Of a DNA stretch of 64,000 nucleotides, positions 49,558 to 60,200 are shown in pieces. Source of the stretch: Giardia intestinalis (Eukaryota). Position 1 is the stretch's first letter, and each line of letters opens with the position of its first letter. The position numbers and the translations under genes are program-made. The DNA is taken from NCBI GenBank assembly GCA_000002435.2, contig CM018790.1; one strand, 5' to 3'. Below the pieces are notes generated by a model. The model worked only from the letters and a program-made list of their open reading frames with translations, searched no databases and had not been told where the DNA came from.

Positions 49558-52119
49558 CTACTTACTAGATGGTCTAGAAAATCCAGAAAAGCCGGAGAAG
49601 CCACTGCTAGCAGTGTCAGACATGGGTCCAGAGACTAAGCTGTCGAGATAGAGCTCGACAGCCCCTTGCGGAGTGACATTCTGAAGTCCGGCATGATTGA
49701 TGCGACGATAGATATCAGTTAGAGTCGTTTCGTGGCGCTTGAGGACGTTGATCTTCTTGACCTTCATGGCAGGGGTCAGGCATCCGTTCTCTGGAGTCCA
49801 CGGATCTCCCTCAACAACCAACGCCTTAGGGATCTCAAAAGATCTCAAAGAATTTTCCTTGCAGGTTTTCTGGATGGCCTGAAGGACCTGCATGAACAAG
49901 TCCTTCAACCTGGGATACGCACTCGGGTCTTGAAGGGTTATCTCAAGCTTTCCCTCTACATCTTTTGGTATTGCGTGGCCAAGCTCTTTTTGACACATGT
50001 CAACATTGAGAACGACCACACAGAGCACGCAGCTCTCGAAACGTGAGCCATGCATGATGCACTGCTCAACGTATTTGCAGCGGCTGATAGCGTTCTCGAT
50101 TGTGGTGGCGGAGATGTACTCCCCTTGAGCAAGCTTAAAGATTCCACGCTTACGGTCAATCAGACGCAGTTCTCCAAGAGACCTATCGTATTCCCCTATG
50201 TCTCCCGTCATGAACCAGCCGTCCTCGGTGAGCGTCTCCTTGGTCTTGGCGTCGTCGTTGTAGTAGCCACTGAAGACCGAGGGCCCCTTGATCCAGACCT
50301 CTCCGCGCGGGTTTGGCTTGTCCGTCACGAGATAGTCCATGTCAGGGACAGAGGTAAGGCGTATCTTAGTGGAACTATCCAGGGTCACACCGACAGTTCC
50401 CCAGTGTAACGTAGACGTTGGCTGCACCACACCATGTGCCGCTGTCTCAGACATTCCCCAGCCTTCAAAGACCTCCATGTCACATGCGATGCGTAGGAAC
50501 TCGCCAACTTTCTGTGAAAGAGGAGCAGACCCTGTCACGCAAAGAGAGCAGCGGCCCCCCAAAAGAGCTTTCGTAGAAGAGAATATCTTATTAGTAAGCC
50601 CAGGCCACGGCCTCCCAGCAAGAAGAGCCTTACGGCGAGAGCCATAGGCTGCAAAGAAAACAAAGCGCTTGAAACTCGAGAGGGCGCTGACCTTGGCCAT
50701 GATTCCATCAAATAGCTTGTTCAGAACGCGAGGCACAGCAACGAAGAAGGTGGGGCAAAGCATTTGGACGTCTTCAACCAGCATTTTGATATCTCCTTGC
50801 CAAAATCCCATACAGGCACCGGAGTGGATGGACACAAAATTGATTACACGCATAAATATATGAGCATTTGGAAGAAAGGAGAGAGTGTAATGCTGTTGGC
50901 CTTGAAGCGGAAGAAGGCGTGAGCACTGCATGGAGATAGCGGTGTGCATCACATTCCCGTGGCTTAGCTTTACGCCCTTTGGATTCCCAGTTGTTCCAGA
51001 CGTATATATAAGAGTCATCAAGTCGTCACGCTGCGAGACCTCCAGGTCCAGTGAGGGGAAGCTAGTGATTGGGAAGTCATCTGAATACAGGTAGGAGTAT
51101 CCAGCAAGACCGGTGGCCGAGCTCTGTGCATACTTTGAAAACATAGCCTTGTATCTATCAGTCTCCCTCCCGAGGGTAGTAACCTGGTGGTAGGTCCCCG
51201 AGACAAGCTTCATGAGTTGTTGCACGGTTTCAGGCTGCCCATATTTCCCTTTGTCCATAGTGAACAATTGGTGTCCCAAATGAGGAATGTCCTTCTTGTC
51301 CGGTAGGTAGAAATGTGCCCCATGGCTACCGCTAGCAGTGTCACAAGCCGTACTGATAATGCGCGAATAGCGAGACTTTGTGCCCTCCACGGCATTCTGC
51401 TCTTCTGGTGTACGTCGTCGAGGATTGTGGCATCCATATTTACGGTCTCCCTCGTCGAATTCCTCCATGCGGCGCGGAACAGTAGAGGTGTGCGTTGGCA
51501 TAGCGAGGCTTACTGTTTTACCGTCCGGACACGAGAATGAGTTAGCAAACTGGGAATAGTAGTCCGACACAAGCGCCCTATCATCCAAACGGTCATCGAA
51601 GATAATGACCGCCTTAACCGAAGGACACCTTGAAGCAGCGTCAGCCCACTTTGGAAGCCTATCTGGGGCTACAAAGAGAATGGAAATCTGAGAGTCATTT
51701 GCCACCAGTATAACTTCCTCTGTGCTCTGCGTATCATAAATCGGGACAAGTACTGCGCCTAGCGCAATGCACGCAAGATCCAGCACAACCCACTCTACAC
51801 GGTTAGTGGATATAACACCAACCTTACTTCCTTTGGTAATGCCCAGAGCCTGAAGACCAAGGGCCAACTCGACGGTCATCTTGTACACCTGGGCGTATGA
51901 GTACCACTCAAAGTCACCACGTGACCCCTTGTAAGGTGGGTCGAACTTAGAGCTCTTCAGAACAGGAGGGGCCGTCATGGGCCGAAGAAACTCACGAGTC
52001 CCAAGAAAACGCAAACCAGGAGTGACTAGGGTCGTCTTCTGCATAATCCGCAGACCTGTGCAGGCATCGCCAGAGACGTCAAGCCCGGGAGCGTCAAAGG
52101 GGCAGATGAAATCCGACAT
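49558..52119 (-). CDS. Long-chain acyl-CoA synthetase (AMP-binding superfamily), 853 aa
   Basis: AMP-binding motif LIYTSGTTGNPKGVKLSHGN, …TGDIGEYDRSLGELRLIDRKRGIFKLAQGEYIS…, and a C-terminal …GCLTPAMKVKK. Initiator ccaaaaattaattgaggATG. Confidence 0.85.
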   Translation of the reverse strand: MSDFICPFDAPGLDVSGDACTGLRIMQKTTLVTPGLRFLGTREFLRPMTAPPVLKSSKFDPPYKGSRGDFEWYSYAQVYKMTVELALGLQALGITKGSKVGVISTNRVEWVVLDLACIALGAVLVPIYDTQSTEEVILVANDSQISILFVAPDRLPKWADAASRCPSVKAVIIFDDRLDDRALVSDYYSQFANSFSCPDGKTVSLAMPTHTSTVPRRMEEFDEGDRKYGCHNPRRRTPEEQNAVEGTKSRYSRIISTACDTASGSHGAHFYLPDKKDIPHLGHQLFTMDKGKYGQPETVQQLMKLVSGTYHQVTTLGRETDRYKAMFSKYAQSSATGLAGYSYLYSDDFPITSFPSLDLEVSQRDDLMTLIYTSGTTGNPKGVKLSHGNVMHTAISMQCSRLLPLQGQQHYTLSFLPNAHIFMRVINFVSIHSGACMGFWQGDIKMLVEDVQMLCPTFFVAVPRVLNKLFDGIMAKVSALSSFKRFVFFAAYGSRRKALLAGRPWPGLTNKIFSSTKALLGGRCSLCVTGSAPLSQKVGEFLRIACDMEVFEGWGMSETAAHGVVQPTSTLHWGTVGVTLDSSTKIRLTSVPDMDYLVTDKPNPRGEVWIKGPSVFSGYYNDDAKTKETLTEDGWFMTGDIGEYDRSLGELRLIDRKRGIFKLAQGEYISATTIENAISRCKYVEQCIMHGSRFESCVLCVVVLNVDMCQKELGHAIPKDVEGKLEITLQDPSAYPRLKDLFMQVLQAIQKTCKENSLRSFEIPKALVVEGDPWTPENGCLTPAMKVKKINVLKRHETTLTDIYRRINHAGLQNVTPQGAVELYLDSLVSGPMSDTASSGFSGFSGFSRPSSK

Positions 52120-52221
52120 GCCTCAATTAATTTTTGGCACTTAACATAAGTTTATACCTTTACTTATTAATTTCTGACTTCTAGATCTCGGGGTTTCGAG
52201 TTCACATTCCCATGGTTACGC

Positions 52222-52974
52222 TTAGCTGCGGACTGGGAGCCTCTCTCTTACGACGGGCCCTTCTAACTGCGTCGATGAGACGGATGCAGACCGGGTATTA
52301 GCCCCCGTTTTAGTGTTTGTGAGCCCTGTGAAGACATACTTCATCCCCCACTTGGTCCCGTCGACACCCTTTGGTACCGCAGGCATCTGAACAATCTCCA
52401 TACTCTCCGTAAGAGTCAGGTGTATCCATATTCCTTTTAACTGATAGTAGTACTCCTTGTAATCATCTGCCGTGAGGAAGTATGCGTACTCGAGGTCACG
52501 GCTTATGAGGCGCTCCATCAGGTTGAGGTCGCGGAGAGAAAAGTCGCTGGCACACAGGGCAAAGGATCTAGAGCTACAGGATATGTCGTCCCATACCTTG
52601 CTTGCTATCATGATGCAGGTGAATACAAGCCTTTCCCAGGTCTCGCTAGAAATAGTGACCCTGCAGGGATTCAGGTTGATGAACATGTCAAGATATATGA
52701 CAGAGGCTACAAGGCACTCTGGCTCTACCTGGGCCTTTCGGAAAAGTCGATAGATGAAGGTGTACACCTCTTCGAATTTTGGGAGTCTGTTGTAGTACAA
52801 GAAATTTGAGGTCTTGAAGATGCTGTATGGAGCAGTATCAACTTTGTATGGGAAAGGCATGGCATGGGTGGCAAGAATCATTCCGTAGACAGCCGCTGAA
52901 ACGCCCTTGACTGTCATATTCAGCTTTAAACTAGATCCTTGAGCGCCACCATGTGACGCTGCAGCAACGTTCAT
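52222..52974 (-). CDS. PHO80-like (P/U-type) cyclin, 250 aa
   Basis: Cyclin-box-like segment …FIYRLFRKAQVEPECLVASVIYLDMF…ETWERLVFTCIMIASKVWDD…. Confidence 0.65.
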   Translation of the reverse strand: MNVAAASHGGAQGSSLKLNMTVKGVSAAVYGMILATHAMPFPYKVDTAPYSIFKTSNFLYYNRLPKFEEVYTFIYRLFRKAQVEPECLVASVIYLDMFINLNPCRVTISSETWERLVFTCIMIASKVWDDISCSSRSFALCASDFSLRDLNLMERLISRDLEYAYFLTADDYKEYYYQLKGIWIHLTLTESMEIVQMPAVPKGVDGTKWGMKYVFTGLTNTKTGANTRSASVSSTQLEGPVVRERLPVRS

Positions 52975-53131
52975 GATTATATTTTCACCTGGTAGCGTTC
53001 TACGAGCGTAGTAAACAGTACTGAGGCAAAGGTGATAAACAACCTCTACGTTAGTAAACGGAATAAGAGGCGGGTAGCGGTGCCTGCACGCGGCGGAGAG
53101 GGCGGCCGCACAATGCTAAAGAAAAAATTGC

Positions 53132-53845
53132 ATGGCCCGGGTGAAACAAGACTACGTGGTTGTCGATCCCAAGGGGAAGCACACAACGCTTACAATTGAG
53201 AATGTGGGGCTAATACCAATCATGGCTCGGGTGCGGTCTGTGAATGTCACCGCATACTCAATTAACCCGACCTATTACCTGATCCATCCCAACGGATCAC
53301 AGGACGTCAACATAGAGATTCATATACCACGCCATATTGATCCCCTACACGACGCGTTCAAGGTTGCCACATTGACGCTGCCTCAGAAGTTTCTAGAGAG
53401 AGTTAAAACAGAGGTAGAGACCAGAAAAAGCCCCAGCGACACCGTGTGCAGGACCCTTTGGGAAGAAGTTGTTGCAACATACAATCCTATTACAAAGGAT
53501 ATCATCGTTCCTACACGGAGCGTAGGGGTATTAGGGACGTATCAAGCAAAGCTGGCGCAGGACACAGATGACCTAAATATCCTCAAGGAGGAAATAGAGC
53601 GTCTGATAGCCATGCGGAAAAAGAACGAGAAGCTGCTGCAAGACATGGAGACAAAGGGAATCGTCATCCAATCAAGGAAAAACAATCTCACGGAGAGACT
53701 AAAATATCTGCAGGCTCAGCTGGATTCTCTAGGTGTTTCGCGCGTAATGGGACAGATGAACAAGTCCAAGCGTATACTGGCCCACTACTTATTTATAATT
53801 TTCTTACTCCTGGCGTCTACCCTTGGGGGGTACGCCCTCTTGTAA
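53132..53845 (+). CDS. VAP-like protein: N-terminal MSP domain, coiled coil, C-terminal transmembrane anchor
   Basis: MSP-like …KHTTLTIENVGLIPIMARVRSVNVTAYSINPTYYLIHPNGSQDVNIEI…, a coiled coil, and a C-terminal TM helix ILAHYLFIIFLLLASTLGGYALL. Initiator gaaaaaattgcATG. A TGTAAAC motif is at the stop. Confidence 0.6.
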   Translation: MARVKQDYVVVDPKGKHTTLTIENVGLIPIMARVRSVNVTAYSINPTYYLIHPNGSQDVNIEIHIPRHIDPLHDAFKVATLTLPQKFLERVKTEVETRKSPSDTVCRTLWEEVVATYNPITKDIIVPTRSVGVLGTYQAKLAQDTDDLNILKEEIERLIAMRKKNEKLLQDMETKGIVIQSRKNNLTERLKYLQAQLDSLGVSRVMGQMNKSKRILAHYLFIIFLLLASTLGGYALL

Positions 53846-53986
53846 ACACGTTGCTTCATATGTTTGCTGCAGTGCATGTACTAATCTGCATGGTGAGTAA
53901 GTTATTAGGTCCACAAGTTAGTTTTCTGGCTTCGCTCCAAAAGATGGATAACGATCTCATAATTTTATTTAAGGTTTTTAATAGCT

Positions 53987-55330
53987 ATGGACGGTACTCC
54001 AGTGGAGCAAGCTGTTGATGGGATGTCAGGAATGGAGCTTCTCTGGCTCGGCCTGGTCGAATATAAAGAGCTGCGGAGGCTAGGAAAAGATGAGCGCGAG
54101 AAGGCTCTCAAGGGCGTTTTGCAGAGATTTGAGCTTCTGACTACTAGAGGATCGGCTGAGCAGCGGTTAAGCAAAAACGAGAGCTCTAAAGAGCTAAACG
54201 AGACAAATATTCCGTTTCTGCTTGGCTACTACTACGTTGGGAAGATACTGAATGACTACGTCCATGAAAACCGTTTAAAGGCTCTTACTGTTGCATCCAA
54301 TAACTTTGTCATCTTCCTAGAGATCCTCACCGATTATGGCATGCTGTCGCCCGACGAGGCTGCAGAGGTTGTTGTGATGCAGCAGGAGGCCGGACTTGGG
54401 GGAGAAAAGGATGAAGTAGACGAGATGATAGAACACGTAAAGCCTCAGCAGGGAATAATGAAGGCCCTGGCTACTCGCCAACGCGCCCAGCAAGAATTTC
54501 GAGTTCAGCAGGAGGCAGAGGCGATGCACGAGGAGATAGCCAAGCTAATGCAATCGACCAAGCGCGCAGATTATGACGCCGCTCGCGATCTTCTAGAGAA
54601 ATATCTCCGTGCTCTCGTGCTTTCTGCGAAGTTTGGTGCGCTGAAAGAGCTCAAGTACCTTTACGAAGAAACGCGGATGCTATCATTTGAGAAGAACAAC
54701 CCGGAAGAGGCGGAGCGCATCCGAAAAGATCGTATGCGATATGGGGCTCCCGAGAATACTGCAAAGAAGAGCATCAACATGGTGTCACTGACCGAACAGG
54801 ACATTGCAGTCATCGACAAGAACAAGCCCATTCAAATATCGAACGCCGAGGATCTGAAAAGGCTAGAGGTCATCAAGCAAGAGGCCCGGAAGCAGGGTGC
54901 GTTTGTGCCGAAGGACTGCATCGAACTTCTTAGGGAAGGCAATGAGGCTGCTGCAGTTGCTATGGGGCCTACCAAAGCGGGCCTCAGCGGGATTGCTACG
55001 GCTTCCAACCTCACAACGCAAGACGTGCTAGGTCAGGCAGACGGGCTCCGCCTTAACGCAGAGCAGTTTACTGGCTTGAATCTTGTCTATGGGGGTGGGA
55101 ATCCTTATACAGGCCAAATACCCGGTGACCCTAACGGGGACCATCGCAACGTGGTCTATAAGGTGTCCAGGACAGAGACAATGCAGCCAGGGACGAAAGA
55201 CGAAGAGCCTGATGAAGATAAGCCTCCTTCAGACTACTCGGATGACGAGGAGGTGCACAGACAGCGTAAAGACGATGACGAGAACGATGGAAGGAAGAGA
55301 GGCTGGGGGAATCGCTATAGGCGCATGTAA
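53987..55330 (+). CDS. TAP42/alpha4 (IGBP1)-like PP2A-regulatory protein (putative), 447 aa
   Basis: Helical N-terminal domain. The acidic C-terminus ends …DDDENDGRKRGWGNRYRRM, resembling the conserved TAP42/alpha4 tail (…DDWKDTHPRGYGNRQNMG). This is a similarity I recognised by eye, not a search result. Confidence 0.5.
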   Translation: MDGTPVEQAVDGMSGMELLWLGLVEYKELRRLGKDEREKALKGVLQRFELLTTRGSAEQRLSKNESSKELNETNIPFLLGYYYVGKILNDYVHENRLKALTVASNNFVIFLEILTDYGMLSPDEAAEVVVMQQEAGLGGEKDEVDEMIEHVKPQQGIMKALATRQRAQQEFRVQQEAEAMHEEIAKLMQSTKRADYDAARDLLEKYLRALVLSAKFGALKELKYLYEETRMLSFEKNNPEEAERIRKDRMRYGAPENTAKKSINMVSLTEQDIAVIDKNKPIQISNAEDLKRLEVIKQEARKQGAFVPKDCIELLREGNEAAAVAMGPTKAGLSGIATASNLTTQDVLGQADGLRLNAEQFTGLNLVYGGGNPYTGQIPGDPNGDHRNVVYKVSRTETMQPGTKDEEPDEDKPPSDYSDDEEVHRQRKDDDENDGRKRGWGNRYRRM

Positions 55331-55336
55331 GTAAAC
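55330..55336 (+). terminator. polyadenylation signal AGTAAAC overlapping the TAA stop
   Basis: cgcATGTAAGTAAACgtag. Confidence 0.55.
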
Positions 55337-55369
55337 GTAGGGCTTTCTGTTAAACGTCGCTATCGACTG

Positions 55370-56209
55370 CTAATCCATGAGATTGTGCAGTATATTAGCT
55401 TTACCCCGTATGAGAGCGAGCTCCCCCTCTGTGAGCGTGCACTGGAGGTATGTCTTGCTTTGCGTTGGGCCCCTTGTGCAAGCAATACATCGGGAGTTGA
55501 TCAAGCTCATAATTGTGTCATCAATATCAACAGCAGACAGCAGCGTATCAGTTTGCAGACAGCTGTACGCTTGAAAACATGCCTTGAGTCTTGCCACAGA
55601 CACACGAGAGGACCTAGTACGACCGTTAGTTGTTGTGTGGCTTAGGCTCTGCTTGAAGCTCTGGCCCTTTCGCTTGAGGGTTGTCCTTCCGAAGCGGTAC
55701 TCGTCCTGGCTGGGACTACTGTGCATGCAAATGTGCAAGATTGATAATAGAATACACTGGACACGGGTCATATGACCGCAATACGGAGAGATAGGGGAGC
55801 AAAAGGAGATGACATTTTCGTTAATGCTAGCAGTGATGAACCGAGGAGCTTCCAAAGTAATGTAGTCACATCTTTCATCAGTTGGGCGTCTTGAAGCTGC
55901 GATGAAAGATTTTCCACTAGCCTGTAAGGCCAATATCAGCTCATTGAGATTGAAAACACATACATCATCGAGGAGAAGAACACAGGTACACGGGGCAGCA
56001 AGCACATGGGCCTCTAATTCCTGGATGCTGCGGTACATGGCGCAATATAGCATTTCTGTACAAGCAACACGTGCATGGACCGCCTGGAGAACTGTTGTCT
56101 TTCCACTAGAAGCTTTACCAACCAAGACCATCTGTAGCAGGATGCCGCTACGAGCAACCTCAGATGTGAGGATCTCTAGATGCCGCACTGCCTCGCTAGC
56201 AGTCAACAT
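55370..56209 (-). CDS. P-loop NTPase (279 aa), family unresolved
   Basis: Walker A LVGKASSGKTTVL; Walker B CVLLLDDV. Initiator gaaaagtaaataATG. Confidence 0.55.
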   Translation of the reverse strand: MLTASEAVRHLEILTSEVARSGILLQMVLVGKASSGKTTVLQAVHARVACTEMLYCAMYRSIQELEAHVLAAPCTCVLLLDDVCVFNLNELILALQASGKSFIAASRRPTDERCDYITLEAPRFITASINENVISFCSPISPYCGHMTRVQCILLSILHICMHSSPSQDEYRFGRTTLKRKGQSFKQSLSHTTTNGRTRSSRVSVARLKACFQAYSCLQTDTLLSAVDIDDTIMSLINSRCIACTRGPTQSKTYLQCTLTEGELALIRGKANILHNLMD

Positions 56210-56259
56210 ATATTTACTTTTCCATGCCTTACACCCAACACCCGTGTTTCTGGTTAGGT

Positions 56260-57072
56260 TTAAGACAGAGACGACCTAATGTGAAAAAGCGTGTTGCTTA
56301 CAAAGCCCAGCTCTTTCAGTGTCTTCCCGCTTAGAGAGGTACGAGAGTAGAGGACAGAGGCCGCGGGGTACCATAGGCTTTCCGTTTCCAGAAGTTCTAG
56401 GCTATCAAATAGAGCCTCCATGGTCTCGTCAACCCTTATGGAGACTTGCTTCGGGGCCCCACCGCTTGTTTTGATGGCCTTGACCTTTATAACACCTTCA
56501 ACGACAGCCACTGTTTGGAGATCTGATGTATTACGAACACAACAAGCAGACCCCGAGCATGCAGCGGTAGAGTCAGTGTGTTCTGGGAAAACATCCTCAG
56601 AGCTTCCCAAGGGACCGTCAGACTTCATAGCGGCTCTCATTTCTGTGTACTGCTGCTGCATACGCTTGCAAAGCTCCTCTGACTCATGCTTTCTGGCCTC
56701 CATCTCATAACGGATGCGGTCATGGAGCTGAGCCTTCATATTCTTTTCCCTCTGCTTTTCCCGCTTGATTTCCTCAAGCTCCGCTTTTTGTCGTCGTATT
56801 CTTAACTCCTCTGGTGAGAATGATTGGGTACCTGGAGAATGAGTCGAGACACTGTTCTGCGTAACTCCCGAAGCAAGCGGGCTTCCGCTAAGCTTTGGAT
56901 CCTCAGGGGCTGGCTCCTTCTGAACCTCGTCACCCATCTCTGTAGGCTGCTGTGCGGCTATATAGTCTAAGATGGAGTCTACGTCATCACCTGCAGACGC
57001 TACTGCGTCGCGAACCAGCTCCAAAGGGAAGCCGTATGTCTCATGAATCGTGTTTATCAGCTCCTCGGACAT
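56260..57072 (-). CDS. UBA-like N-terminal domain protein with a coiled coil and a possible C-terminal UBX-like domain
   Basis: The first ATG is MSEELINTIHETYGFPLELVRDAVASAGDDVDSILDYIAAQQ (UBA-like) with the context accaaaaattccccATG. The C-terminus is …YSRTSLSGKTLKELGFVSNTLFHIRSS. The track start at 57102 is a non-ATG codon. Confidence 0.5.
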   Translation of the reverse strand: MSEELINTIHETYGFPLELVRDAVASAGDDVDSILDYIAAQQPTEMGDEVQKEPAPEDPKLSGSPLASGVTQNSVSTHSPGTQSFSPEELRIRRQKAELEEIKREKQREKNMKAQLHDRIRYEMEARKHESEELCKRMQQQYTEMRAAMKSDGPLGSSEDVFPEHTDSTAACSGSACCVRNTSDLQTVAVVEGVIKVKAIKTSGGAPKQVSIRVDETMEALFDSLELLETESLWYPAASVLYSRTSLSGKTLKELGFVSNTLFHIRSSLS

Positions 57073-57245
57073 GGGGAATTTTTGGTTGGCAAGGAAGGCC
57101 AAAAGGAGTTTTTTCGCCGACAGCGTTCACATGTAATTGCAAAAAGTTGCAGAAAATTAACGTGAATCCGCGCAGACCCTTGCTTTGCAATTTCAGATGA
57201 TGTGTTCAAAAGTTTGTTTCAAAATGTTGCGGAATCCAAAAAAGG

Positions 57246-60200
57246 ATGAACCCGTTCGACCTTACTCCTGCATCGATTCCCTTCGTCCATGCGAGTGACA
57301 AGGCGGCCATGCTTCAGAGCGTGATACCGTTAGCAGTGGCTAAGGGCGTGGCATCTAATGCAGACACTCTTTCGGCGACAGACATCGCCATTGCGGCACG
57401 TGAGCCGCTACGCAACGCAAATCCGAATCCAGATGCCAGTTACATACTTACCCTGACACGCTACTATAAGCTTATGCGTCCAATTGCAGAGCACGCAAAT
57501 GACCACGACGTTCTGCGCGCCACCGTGGCTAACCCCAGCAAGTGGGTCTCTGAGAACGTATCTCTCGAGTGCTCCTCCATTGCCGGTGAAGCAGTTGCTG
57601 CTGCAATTAATCTAGCTGCAGCAAAGATTTTTAGTGGAATAGGAAATCACTACGACGCGACTAGGTTCTTCTCGGAGGCCGAGGCTATTCTGCAGGAGGC
57701 TGCTACGCTAGCAGAAAGCGGCCACCTATGTGGATTTTTAGGCCCTACTCATCTCCGGGCGCTGGCTTTGTTTGCCCAAGCACAGTCTCTCGAGAGCACT
57801 GCCGTGAGCAAGATCAACAAATTGGGTGCAGAGGAAATAGAGTCAACTGAACTGCAGACAGCCCTGCGTACGCTCACCGAGGCTAGTGCTCTTTACGATC
57901 GAGTTTTCAAAGACCTGGCTCCGACAGCCTCTTCTTCTACCGTTGTTGCAAGCACGTCTCTCTTTAAGGCTAAGCTTCTCCCTGCTCTTGCCAGATACGT
58001 CGTTGCGAATGCCTACTTTAATGGGAACAGGCTTTCTAATACCGCTACTGAATGCCGCAGGGCCTCTGAACTTCTTACCGTCGCACAAGCCGCGCTGGAG
58101 CTTACTCCTGACCAAGAACGCATGACTTCTGAGCTGGCCACGGCAATTATCGGCATACAGAGCAACCTACCCGTGGCCGGTGTCGATGACGAGGCACAGT
58201 TATATGATCTTCAGAGGATGACAGAGCAAGATTTCCGTGAATTCAAGCAAGCATACGGCGCACCAACAGATGTTCTACCTCCGTGGAGAAACGATTCTTC
58301 TCAAGACACTGCGGCTCTTAACGAATTACGCCGCATTGTGGCCAGCAAGGACGATGAAATTCAGGCACTTAACATCTCGTTACGAAACGCGCAGCTGGAG
58401 CTTCTCCAGGTATCTTCTGGAAGCGTTCTCAACACAGAAGTCACGTATCTTAAGGGTCTTTTGGAGAAGGAACATGAAACCGTGAAGTCACTTCAAGAAG
58501 CAGCAGAACTTAAGAACAAAGAGGTGGATGCATTGAACGAAGCCCTTAAGCAACAAGAGGAGATGGTCAAGTCCCTCTGTGAAAGTATCTCTCCATCTGC
58601 ATCCCGCAAGAATCTCAAGAGCCCAGCTGCGGGGGATGCGTCCACCCGCGAGGCAGACAGGCGAGAGCGCATGATAAAGAAACTTCAGATGCAGGTTATG
58701 AGTAAGGACATTGAGATTAATGAGTTGAAGTCTTCTCTTGAGCTAGCGAACAGCGGCATGTTAGCCTCTACCACCGGTGCGACGACAGACGAGGTCGACG
58801 CTCTCCGAAGGGACATTGCGGCTCTTCAGAATGCTATTGATGATAAGGACAAAGAGGTAAAGTGGCTAGAAGACGAGATTCGGCAAAAGGATGATACGAT
58901 GATAGAATTGCGGGGCCGCACGGAAAGTGAGATAGAGTCCCTCCAGGAGACAGCCGCCAGCAAAGACCAGGAAATTGCAAAGCTCGAGGCAGAATTGAAG
59001 AGTACCTTGCAAATGATCCAGGCCCTCAAGAACTCTGAGGCTGATGGCGCTGGTGCAACAAACATACTGCAGCGTGAGAAGGCACACCTAGAGGATAAGT
59101 TGCAAGAAAAGGAAAATATCGTAGCAGAATTAAACGAGGCCTTAAGAAAAAAAGATTTAACGATTGCTGAGCTGCATGAGAGCGCTGCAGCTCAGCAACG
59201 GAAGGAACAGGAGACAATCGACTTCTACGAAAACCTCAAAAGAGAGCAGAATCAAGTTATCTCTGATCTGCGAAGCTCGCTCTCGGCTAAGCAGGCCACT
59301 TTAGCCATGGCAGAGGAGACTGCAAAGACACTAGAAAGTGAAGTCCAGTCGCTAAAGAGTGAAGTGGACGCTAAGACTATGGAGATAGAAAGCCTCCTTG
59401 CTATGTCGACGAGCAAGGCCAACGATATGGACCAGACCATGGAAGAGCTCCAGTCATTGAGGACCGAACTGCTGGCCAAAGAAGGAGAAATTCAAACCCT
59501 TAGGAACCTAATCGAAGAGAAGGAAGCAATAATTACTGATTTACGGATGACAGAAAGCGAACACCAGAACAAGTATACTACTCTCCAAACCACACTTCAG
59601 CGGCTGAATGAAGACCTTCAGAGCAGAGACCGTCAGATCGTTGCACTTTTAGAAGAAGCAGAGGCAGCAGCTGAGCGTCAAAAGGCGAGTCAACATCTTC
59701 AGGAACAGCTCCAGAGGCAGATTTCTCAGCAAGATATTGTAAGCAAAAGCGTCCAAGAACAAGTCTGTATGATGAGCGATGCTGCCTGTCGGGCCCGCTA
59801 TTTAGAGGATAAATTGGCCACCAAAACATACGACGAAGAAGTTTTGCGTACTATGATACAACGTGTAGAAGATGCCGACCGAGACAAGGGGAGGACTATC
59901 GAGAGTCTGAGAACGGAGATTGAGTTTTTGCGCAGTGAACCTAAGTATCAGCCAGACGACAGATCGGGTCAAATAGAAGCACTGGAAGACAAGATCGTAG
60001 CGTTGAACACACATATTCGGTATCTTACTAACGAGCTACTTCAAAAGGAGCAAGAGCTAGTGCACTTAGCTAATGACGATAAATCAGCTGAGACAGACCG
60101 TCTGAAGAAGCTTCTTATTAGTCAGGATGATGAGCTGAATGAGCTAAAGGAGAACCTGTTCCTTCTTAGAGAAAAGGGAATAAGCGATGGAATTCTTGAC

